From the IMG/VR virus record IMGVR_UViG_3300039355_000083: a DNA stretch of 64,000 nucleotides; one strand, written 5' to 3'. Positions 18,320 through 25,809 of the stretch are shown here, piece after piece. Made by a program: the position numbers and the translations under genes. The notes beneath the pieces were generated by a model. The model saw nothing but the letters and a program-made list of their open reading frames with translations. It had not been told where the DNA came from and made no database searches. The stretch is from a virus. How positions within the stretch are numbered: position 1 is the first letter of the stretch; every line of letters starts with the position of its first letter.

Positions 18320-19663
18320 TGGAAATCCATTATTGACGCTAATGGCGGCTTAACAACTCAGTCAGGTTCCATCTATGATAAACTTGGCGTAAAAGTAAAT
18401 ATTAATGTTATTAACGACGCAACACAATCAAGTAATGCTCTGATTAAAGGAGATCTGAACGCTGCAGGTTATACAATCAACAGAACTGCATTCTTATCTA
18501 AGAAATTCACTGATGCCGGAAAAGAAGTGGTGATGCCGTATATTACAAATTACTCAAATGGTGGTGACGGTATTATTGCGAAGTCTTCTATTCAGAATGT
18601 AAATGATCTTGTAAATGCTAAAATTGGTGTACCAGAATTCTCTGAAGCTCAAACACTTGTAGTATGGTTTGTAAATAATTCTGATCTTTCTAATAAAGCC
18701 AAAGCAAAGATTATTGATAATCTTGTATTGTTCTCAACACCAGATGATGCAGCAAAAGCATTTTTTGCCGGTCAGATTGATGTTGCAGCAACCTGGGAAC
18801 CATACCTGACTCAGGCAAAGAATATGACAGACGCACATGTATTATTTAGCACTGCAAGTTCTTCAAATCTTGTTATGGATGGAATTCTGTTTGATAAGAA
18901 ATTTGCAGAAGCACATGCAGATGTAGTGGAGAAATTTATCCAGGGATCTCTGGAAGCTGCAGATATGTATAATACAGAATTTAATGCAATCCGTGAAGTA
19001 ATGCCTATGTTCAATACTGCATCAGATGAAGATATTGTAGCAAATACGGAGTCTGCAAAACTGACAACATGGAAAGATAATTTAGATCTGTTAAATGGAA
19101 CTGCAAAGACAATTTATTCAGATATGTGTAACGTATGGACATCAATTGGTGAGTCTGTAAATGCTGATCTTGTTAATAGTATTTTTGATGATACATATAT
19201 TAATGCTATTTCAGATAAATTTAGTGCAACGAAAGTGTCTAATACAAATACTGTAAAGGTTACAGAGGATAATAAAAAGGAAATTCAGGATACTGAAGCT
19301 TTATTACAGGGTAAAGCATCTGTTACATTTATTCAGAATACGGCAAAATTCTCTGATTCTGCTGCAGCATCTAAAGAACTTAATAAGTTTATTGACATTG
19401 CAAAGGTACTTGACGGTGCAATCATTGAAATTGCAGGAAATACAGACCCTAATCCGGAATCAGATCCTGAAGACGAGTATAATCAGAAGTTGTCTTTACA
19501 AAGAGCAGAAGCTGTTAAAAACTATTTTGTTATGAATGGAATTTCTAACGGACGTATTGTAGTAGTTGGAAATGGATCCAGCAATCCTGTTGTTGATAAT
19601 GACACTGATGAACATCGCGCAATGAATAGACGTACTGATGTATCATTTAAGATCATTGAGTAA
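18317..19663 (+). CDS. exon 2: NMT1/SsuA-type substrate-binding domain fused to a C-terminal OmpA-like peptidoglycan-binding domain
   Basis: SBP-like motifs ('GQIDVAATWEPYL') and no N-terminal signal peptide of its own. OmpA C-domain signature 'IAGNTDP...LSLQRAEAVKNYF...NRRTDV'. Confidence 0.65.
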   Translation: MWKSIIDANGGLTTQSGSIYDKLGVKVNINVINDATQSSNALIKGDLNAAGYTINRTAFLSKKFTDAGKEVVMPYITNYSNGGDGIIAKSSIQNVNDLVNAKIGVPEFSEAQTLVVWFVNNSDLSNKAKAKIIDNLVLFSTPDDAAKAFFAGQIDVAATWEPYLTQAKNMTDAHVLFSTASSSNLVMDGILFDKKFAEAHADVVEKFIQGSLEAADMYNTEFNAIREVMPMFNTASDEDIVANTESAKLTTWKDNLDLLNGTAKTIYSDMCNVWTSIGESVNADLVNSIFDDTYINAISDKFSATKVSNTNTVKVTEDNKKEIQDTEALLQGKASVTFIQNTAKFSDSAAASKELNKFIDIAKVLDGAIIEIAGNTDPNPESDPEDEYNQKLSLQRAEAVKNYFVMNGISNGRIVVVGNGSSNPVVDNDTDEHRAMNRRTDVSFKIIE

Positions 19664-19777
19664 GGAGTAATTATGGTTGCTTTAAATATAGAAACATTTG
19701 TTGTATGCCTTGTTATTGCTTTTCTGGCAGGTATTCTGGTTACAAAAATTAAATTAAAGAAATAAAGGAGAAAAATT

Positions 19778-20299
19778 ATGGGATTTACATTATTTGGAGA
19801 AAAATATAAATATGAAGTAGACAGTATTAATATTGGGATTTTTTGTCCAGATGGGACATTATTAATAGTTTTAAAACTTAAAGATGGTACATATAAATCA
19901 ATTGATGTTAATCTTGGAGCAGAAAAATATAAGTCATTATGCAAAGAGAATAACATTACAAACAATGTGCCGGTTCTTGTTACACAAGAACATGTTAATA
20001 AATTAGATAAAGAAATAAAACCTAAGTACAAATGGGGAGACTGGAAAGAAGGTTACACTTTTTTTATGGATCCATTTTCTCGTAGAGAAAAACTATTAGT
20101 ATATAATGTTAGAACTAATGGTAAGAGAGTGCAGGTAGAATTCGACGGTGTAAAAGCTATGGCTTCTTGTAATATTGAAGCAGGAGATCAATTTGATTAT
20201 AAGTTTGGTAGGGAACTGGCAGAGCGAAGATTGATTGCGAAATTGATTGAGAAACGTGCAAATTCATATTATATAAGCAAAATCAACAAAACAAATTAA
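19778..20299 (+). CDS. hypothetical protein
   Basis: 173 aa ORF with RBS AAGGAG. Confidence 0.5.
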   Translation: MGFTLFGEKYKYEVDSINIGIFCPDGTLLIVLKLKDGTYKSIDVNLGAEKYKSLCKENNITNNVPVLVTQEHVNKLDKEIKPKYKWGDWKEGYTFFMDPFSRREKLLVYNVRTNGKRVQVEFDGVKAMASCNIEAGDQFDYKFGRELAERRLIAKLIEKRANSYYISKINKTN

Positions 20300-20342
20300 A
20301 TTAACTTTGCATATTGACAAACGAAACTTGATATGCTATACT
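20294..20342 (+). promoter_or_regulatory. sigma-A-type promoter driving the tRNA/AAA-ATPase region
   Basis: AAATTAAATTAACTTTGC then TTGACA (20314-20319), 17-nt spacer and TATACT (20337-20342). Confidence 0.6.
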
Positions 20343-20438
20343 AAATACATAGTCAAGGATGACAACAGCACAGAGGAGTGAAAGCTCCCTGTGCTAAATA
20401 AAAAGAAGAAAGAAATTTAATTATACAAACAATGAATG

Positions 20439-20523
20439 TAGCGGTATGATGAAATTGGCTAGACATAATAGACTTTGACTCTATTGAGCAGTAGCTCGTG
20501 TGGGTTCGAATCCCACTACCGCC
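20439..20523 (+). tRNA. type-II-shaped tRNA (long variable arm) with anticodon UUG
   Basis: Folds by hand: acceptor AGCGGTA/TACCGCC (A1.C72 mismatch), 3-bp D stem, anticodon stem ATAGA/TCTAT with loop CTTTGAC (U33, anticodon TTG, A37), 15-nt variable arm GAGC-AGTA-GCTC, T arm GTGGG-TTCGAAT-CCCAC. No encoded CCA. Confidence 0.5.
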
Positions 20524-20603
20524 GTTTGGCAAGTATTTTATACAAATATACTCCAGCCGAATTGCAGAGAAATATAATTTAATTATACAAAAAGGAGATA
20601 AAA

Positions 20604-21722
20604 ATGAGTAAAATTATTAGTACAGGTTCCACTTTTAGAATCTACGGAGATGATCTTGTAACACATAATCAACTTCCGGCACAAATTTATTCTATCAGAT
20701 GTTCACAGATGACAGGATTTTATTTAGAGAAACATGCTGATATTGAGATCAATGAAGATAAAATATACGGTGTGCACATGGAAAAAGTAAATAAAGTATT
20801 AAATGCTTTTCCAAATTTCAATAAAAATCTTGGCGTGATCTTATCTGGAGCCAAAGGAATTGGCAAATCTTTATTTTCTAAGATTCTTGCTGTAGAAGCT
20901 GTAAAAAAAGGATTGCCAGTAATTATTGTTGATACATATATCCCTGGAATTGCTAATTTTATTGAAGAAATTGAACAGGAAGTATTAGTAATGTTTGATG
21001 AGTTTGATAAAACATTTGGTAATATTAAAGCTGCTGATGGTATGGCTAATCCACAAACAGAGCTGCTTACATTATTTGATGGATTAGCTCAAGGGAAAAA
21101 GTTATATGTTATTACTTGTAATAATCTTAATACTCTGAGTGACTATTTGGTAAATAGACCCGGAAGATTTCATTATCATTTTAGATTTGATTATCCAACA
21201 GATTCTGAAATTACAGAATATATGAGAGACAAGTTACATAAAGAGTATTATGGAGAAATTAGTAAGGTAGTTGCATTTTCTAAAAGAGTCAGCTTGAATT
21301 ACGATTGTTTAAGAGCTATTGCATTTGAACTTAATACAGGCTTACAATTTCAAGAAGCAATTAAAGATATGAATATCCTTCATATAAATAATACTGTTTA
21401 TATAGCTACTTTGTATACTAAAGATGGTAAAAAAGATACAGAAGAAAAAACTCTTGACTTGTTTGATAAGACTTCTAATCATAGTTTATATTTTACAATA
21501 GATGGAAAATGGTTCTATACAAAATTTTCTGGTGTTGATGTAAGATATGATTTTGACAGACACATTGATTTTGTTGATGGAAAAGATGTTGAAATTATTC
21601 CGGATGAAGACTATGCGGATCTTACAAAAGAAGAAAAGAAAAAATACGAAAATATTAAAATTGATCGTATCGTTTTTGCAAGAAAAGAAGAAAAGGGACT
21701 TCATTATAATCTTTCTGTATAA
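20604..21722 (+). CDS. AAA+ ATPase
   Basis: Walker A 'GAKGIGKS', Walker B 'VLVMFDEFDK' and sensor/Arg-finger region 'NRPGRFHYHF'. Confidence 0.7.
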   Translation: MSKIISTGSTFRIYGDDLVTHNQLPAQIYSIRCSQMTGFYLEKHADIEINEDKIYGVHMEKVNKVLNAFPNFNKNLGVILSGAKGIGKSLFSKILAVEAVKKGLPVIIVDTYIPGIANFIEEIEQEVLVMFDEFDKTFGNIKAADGMANPQTELLTLFDGLAQGKKLYVITCNNLNTLSDYLVNRPGRFHYHFRFDYPTDSEITEYMRDKLHKEYYGEISKVVAFSKRVSLNYDCLRAIAFELNTGLQFQEAIKDMNILHINNTVYIATLYTKDGKKDTEEKTLDLFDKTSNHSLYFTIDGKWFYTKFSGVDVRYDFDRHIDFVDGKDVEIIPDEDYADLTKEEKKKYENIKIDRIVFARKEEKGLHYNLSV

Positions 21723-21889
21723 AAATTTAATTAAACATTCCGATGAATAAAAACTTTAGATATGTGGAAGTTCGGTTATAAGCATGTGGCTTTCATTTTA
21801 CTTTTTACCTCTTATAACTCGTTTGAAGCAGGTCTTACGAGTATAAATAAACTGTATAAGGGTAAGCCGGTAGTAACCTTATACAACAA

Positions 21890-21969
21890 GCGGATATGAC
21901 GGAACTGGCAGACGTAGAAGGCTCAAACCCTTCGGAGAAATCGTGTGGGTTCGAATCCCACTATCCGTA
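21890..21969 (+). tRNA. tRNA-Leu (anticodon CAA)
   Basis: Acceptor GCGGATA/TATCCGT, U8, 3-bp D stem ACG/CGT with a GG-containing D loop, anticodon stem GAAGG/CCTTC with loop CTCAAAC, 11-nt variable region, T arm GTGGG-TTCGAAT-CCCAC. Confidence 0.6.
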
Positions 21970-22412
21970 TTCGGACTATTCTTACGGATTTACTTGATGG
22001 CCTAAATAGTAATGAGGAGAAACAAGTCCGGAAGGTTGACCTTTATATTATATAGCGTCTATAGGACATTAAAGAAGATTGAAAAGTTGGTGGAATACTG
22101 GAACCCAGTGATGAGGAAGCTGCGAATGTGTTGGTTGTATGGTTTGGACGCATTGAAAGGAAACATTTATATAGATGTGCTTTGTGCTAATGAGGTTGTA
22201 AGTGGGAAGTTGGAGGATGATCTGGTTAAGCAGATGTGTAGATTAGTTATGAAGCAAAAAAGTAATTGAGTCAGTGAGGTAGAAATAATGTGGGAGGGCT
22301 TTTGAGAGTGATGACGATTGCTCGTGTAACTGACACGATTGCATAAGCAAGTTTTTTTACAGATATTGTTACATTTCTATATTGTGGGTGTAATTATAAC
22401 GCCCACTACAAA

Positions 22413-22486
22413 GGAAACTTAGCTCAGTTGGTTAGAGCAACCGGCTCATAACCGGTCGGTCCTGGGTTCGAGTCCCAGAGTTTCCA
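22413..22486 (+). tRNA. tRNA-Met (anticodon CAU; elongator Met or lysidine-modified Ile2)
   Basis: Canonical cloverleaf: acceptor GGAAACT/AGTTTCC, D arm GCTC-AGTTGGTTA-GAGC, anticodon stem ACCGG/CCGGT with loop CTCATAA, T arm CTGGG-TTCGAGT-CCCAG. Confidence 0.85.
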
Positions 22487-22570
22487 TTAAAAGAAAAATG
22501 AAAGGAGAGATATAAAATTCTTATAAATAATCCCGTAAAAATAATAATTTAAAATAAAGGAGATTAAATT

Positions 22571-23350
22571 ATGGCTATCGTTGGTGCAATCTTAGGTGAT
22601 ATTGCAGGTTCACAATATGAATTTGGTAGACCAATTGATTTAGATTGGAAGAATTGTAAGTTATTTACTGATAGATGTTATTTTACAGATGATACTGTAA
22701 TGACACTTGCTGCTAAATTAGCAATTATTAATAATAAATCTTTCACAGAATCATATAGAGAATGGGGAAGAAAATATCCAAATGCAGGATATGGAAACAA
22801 TTTTGAAACGTGGTTAAGATACGATGATAAAACTGCATACGGAAGTTTTGGTAATGGATCTGCAATGAGATGTTCTTATATTGGAGAACATTTTAACACA
22901 GAGAAAGAAGTTATTGAATGGGCTACTAAGTCTGCTGAGTGTACGCATAATCATCCAGAAGGAATTAAAGGGGCGGTTGTAACAGCAATGTGTATTTATA
23001 TGGCAAGAACAGGAGTTACTAAAGAGGAAATCTATGAATATGCGAAGAAGAATTATCCAAAAGACGATTATCAATATAGTGTTGAATATAAAATTGAAGA
23101 CTATAGAAAGATATATCAGTGGAATGAAACTTGTCAAGGAAGTGTACCTGTTGCAATTAGATGTTTTTTAGAGAGTGGTGATTATGAAAGTTTCTTGCGA
23201 AACGTGTTCTCATTAAAGTGTGATATGGATACGTTATGTGCTATAGGTGGTGGAATTGCGGAAGAATTTTATCACGGAACTGGATTAAACAATGATTACT
23301 TACTTGGACATTACCTGAATAGACAATTGTACAGGATTGTAGAAATGTGA
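22571..23350 (+). CDS. ADP-ribosylglycohydrolase (ARH/DraG family)
   Basis: N-terminal 'IVGAILGDIAGSQYEF' plus the 'TDDT' motif and 'GNGSAMR', all typical of the ADP-ribosyl-(arginine/dinitrogenase reductase) hydrolase fold. Confidence 0.7.
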   Translation: MAIVGAILGDIAGSQYEFGRPIDLDWKNCKLFTDRCYFTDDTVMTLAAKLAIINNKSFTESYREWGRKYPNAGYGNNFETWLRYDDKTAYGSFGNGSAMRCSYIGEHFNTEKEVIEWATKSAECTHNHPEGIKGAVVTAMCIYMARTGVTKEEIYEYAKKNYPKDDYQYSVEYKIEDYRKIYQWNETCQGSVPVAIRCFLESGDYESFLRNVFSLKCDMDTLCAIGGGIAEEFYHGTGLNNDYLLGHYLNRQLYRIVEM

Positions 23351-23544
23351 GGTTAGATATGAAATCTTATATAGGATCATTATTGATAGGAATACTATTA
23401 TCATTAATTTTTACAATTGGTATGTCTTTTTCAAGACTCGATATTCTTGATGATAGAAAGAGACTTGTTTTGGCTATCGGTGATTTTATTATTATGTGTA
23501 TATTATTTTCGTTGTTTATTACGGGAATGTTTTTAATAGGATAA
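23347..23544 (+). CDS. small membrane protein (2 TM)
   Basis: 65 aa hydrophobic ORF translationally coupled to the ARH gene. Confidence 0.4.
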   Translation: MRLDMKSYIGSLLIGILLSLIFTIGMSFSRLDILDDRKRLVLAIGDFIIMCILFSLFITGMFLIG

Positions 23545-23584
23545 TAAGTGATTCGATGGAATGTGAGATTCGAGAGGTGACAGA

Positions 23585-23806
23585 ATGAAAATTAAGAAAC
23601 TATTAATTGGATTGCTTGTATCGGGATTGGCATTTTCGTTTACTGGATGTGGTGACAAAGAGATAAATGACAATGGAGAAAAAGTTCAATCATTCGGTCA
23701 ATTTATTGAAATTAAGGAAATACAAATCGTATCAAGTAATGGGTTTAGTCGATATAGTCAATATTTTGTATATGATAAAACCACTAAAATTGTATATGTA
23801 GTATAA
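23585..23806 (+). CDS. small lipoprotein
   Basis: Signal peptide with lipobox 'FTGCGD'. An in-frame TAA is followed by 34 more sense codons (see findings). Confidence 0.5.
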   Translation: MKIKKLLIGLLVSGLAFSFTGCGDKEINDNGEKVQSFGQFIEIKEIQIVSSNGFSRYSQYFVYDKTTKIVYVV

Positions 23807-23981
23807 GGTTCAGACCGTTATGGTGGCATTGGTGGCATTACACCATATTACGTATTAGATGAAAATGGCAAACCAGAAATCGCAATCTATGGAGAAAATT
23901 ATAATGGATAAGGAGAAAGAATAAGTACACATAATCCTGTTGTGACTGCAGTACGACAGGTCATGCATGTAAAAAAAAAGA

Positions 23982-24051
23982 TGACATATAGTCTAACGGA
24001 AAGAACGTGGCTTTTTAAGCTGAAATATTGGTTCGAATCCAATTGTGTCAT
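23982..24051 (+). tRNA. degenerate tRNA-like element (possible tRNA-Lys UUU remnant)
   Basis: Good acceptor (TGACATA/TGTGTCA) and T arm (ATTGG-TTCGAAT-CCAAT), but the anticodon stem is weak (2 Watson-Crick + 2 wobble pairs) and the variable loop is 3 nt. The best loop reads TTTTTAA (anticodon TTT). Confidence 0.3.
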
Positions 24052-24128
24052 ATTTGTAATGATGTCGCGCGGATCATTACAGAAGAAAATAGTAACTACT
24101 GAAATGTATATTTAAGGAGGCAGTAAAC

Positions 24129-24497
24129 ATGACAAAATATGATTTATGTACGGGTGATATCGTTCTTTCTACAAAGGGAAGCTACGGTATTGTGCTAATC
24201 GGAACTAATGGAGATGATCAAATCAAATGGTACAGTAATAATAAAGGACAGGTTATTAACAGATTTAGATCTTTTTCTATGATTAACGAAGATCTTACAT
24301 TTAAATATGATTTAGGTAATCGTATTATTAAGGTATGGAGAACGAAAGACAAACATTATCTTGGTGATAAAGCAATTACAGAATATAATGCAGCAGAATG
24401 TCATGGATTTGAATGCATCTATGAAGAGTTAATTAAGGAAGTAACTATGGCTGAAGTTGAAGAAAAGTTTGGCTGCAAAGTAAAAATTGTAAAGTAA
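24129..24497 (+). CDS. hypothetical protein
   Basis: 122 aa ORF with RBS AAGGAGG. Confidence 0.5.
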   Translation: MTKYDLCTGDIVLSTKGSYGIVLIGTNGDDQIKWYSNNKGQVINRFRSFSMINEDLTFKYDLGNRIIKVWRTKDKHYLGDKAITEYNAAECHGFECIYEELIKEVTMAEVEEKFGCKVKIVK

Positions 24498-24635
24498 TAA
24501 AATTTAATTATACAGGCACGTATAAATGAGGAATAGGAAATAATATTTGAAGCACTATCTTAAAAGATCAGTGCATAGATGTCAGTGTGACAATAAACTG
24601 CAAAGTTATTCCACTTCGGAAAGCGAGGTGAAATA

Positions 24636-25556
24636 ATGGAGCAGAAGAAATTTATGGATATTCAACGTCTGAAAGAAGGATATGCAGATGGATTTGTACC
24701 GGGTGACTTAATTGTTATCCAGGAAAAATTTGATGGATCTAATGCAGCAGCTAGATATGATGCAGAGACTGGCAAAATGGTAGCTTTTTCCAGAAGACAT
24801 ACGTTGAATCAGAACAATACATTAAATGGTTTTTATAATTATGTGCAGGAGTTAAATCCTGAAGATTATAAAGACGTTCCGGACTATGTAATATTTGGAG
24901 AATGGTCTGGAGCAAGAAATGCGATTATTTATTATCCAGAAAATACTAAGAAATGGTACGTATTTGATATTTATGATGTAAGGGAAGAAAAATATCTTCC
25001 TCAGTCAGAAGTAAAGGCATTTGCAGAAACGCATGGACTTACATATATCAATACATTTTATGTTGGACCGTTTGTCAGTTGGGAACATGTACAAAGTTTT
25101 ATGGATCATCCGGGATATGGAGAAATTCAAGAAGGTATTGTTATAAAGAACCAAACAAGATTAAACGATCCGAATAGCAGATTACCATTTGTAGTGAAAA
25201 TCGTTGGAGATAAATTTCATGAAGTCACAAAAATGAATCATGTTAAAAAGATTCAAGATCCACAAAAGTTGCAAGAACGAACAGAAGCACAGGAACTTGT
25301 AAAATCTGTCGTGACGCGGCGTAGAGTTGAAAAAGAGTTATATAAAATGCGTGATGAAGGAATCATCCCAACAGAGTGGTGTGAACAGGATATGAAAACT
25401 GTTGCAAGGAATCTTCCAAACAGAATTTATACAGATTGTGTAAAAGAAGAACCGGAAGTAGTTCAAGCAGCAGGACAATATTTTGGAAAATTCTGTTCCG
25501 TTATTTCGATGAATTACGCACGAGAGATTATTCTCGGTCCGACTGGAGCAAAGTAA
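24636..25556 (+). CDS. ATP-dependent RNA ligase (Rnl2-like nucleotidyltransferase)
   Basis: Motif I 'EKFDGSN' (KxDG lysine adenylation site) in a ~300-aa protein of Rnl2/DRB0094-like size. Confidence 0.6.
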   Translation: MEQKKFMDIQRLKEGYADGFVPGDLIVIQEKFDGSNAAARYDAETGKMVAFSRRHTLNQNNTLNGFYNYVQELNPEDYKDVPDYVIFGEWSGARNAIIYYPENTKKWYVFDIYDVREEKYLPQSEVKAFAETHGLTYINTFYVGPFVSWEHVQSFMDHPGYGEIQEGIVIKNQTRLNDPNSRLPFVVKIVGDKFHEVTKMNHVKKIQDPQKLQERTEAQELVKSVVTRRRVEKELYKMRDEGIIPTEWCEQDMKTVARNLPNRIYTDCVKEEPEVVQAAGQYFGKFCSVISMNYAREIILGPTGAK

Positions 25557-25574
25557 AGCGAAAGGAGGACACGA

Positions 25575-25790
25575 ATGGTGGCAACAGCATTTAGTAGATT
25601 ATGTACTTCTTGTAAAAAAAGATTTGCATACAAACAAACAGACGCCATCTTTGATGAGAATGGATATGGATATTCAACCAAGCTTGTGAAATGCAAACAT
25701 TGTGGGCGATTAAATGTGATTCGATATTTTGAAGATGACTCGATGAAATTAAACAATGATAGAAAATATTATGATTATGACATGGTATAG
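25575..25790 (+). CDS. small zinc-ribbon protein
   Basis: 'CTSCKK...CKHCG' Cys pairs. Confidence 0.4.
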   Translation: MVATAFSRLCTSCKKRFAYKQTDAIFDENGYGYSTKLVKCKHCGRLNVIRYFEDDSMKLNNDRKYYDYDMV

Positions 25791-25809
25791 AATAGGAGAA
25801 TAATAAATA

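Noticed and set aside
20350-20400. 7-codon mini-ORF and hairpin (AGCACAG...CTGTGCT) right after the 20314 promoter
   Set aside because: It is too short to call as a gene. The hairpin lacks a U-tract, so it is not a convincing terminator or attenuator. It is probably just the structured 5' leader of the tRNA transcript.
21765-21890. Possible additional tRNA upstream of tRNA-Leu
   Set aside because: It contains hairpins (CTCGT...ACGAG; TATAAGG...CCTTATA) but no T-loop (GTTCRANYC) or acceptor/anticodon arrangement. It is more likely a precursor leader or processing structure.
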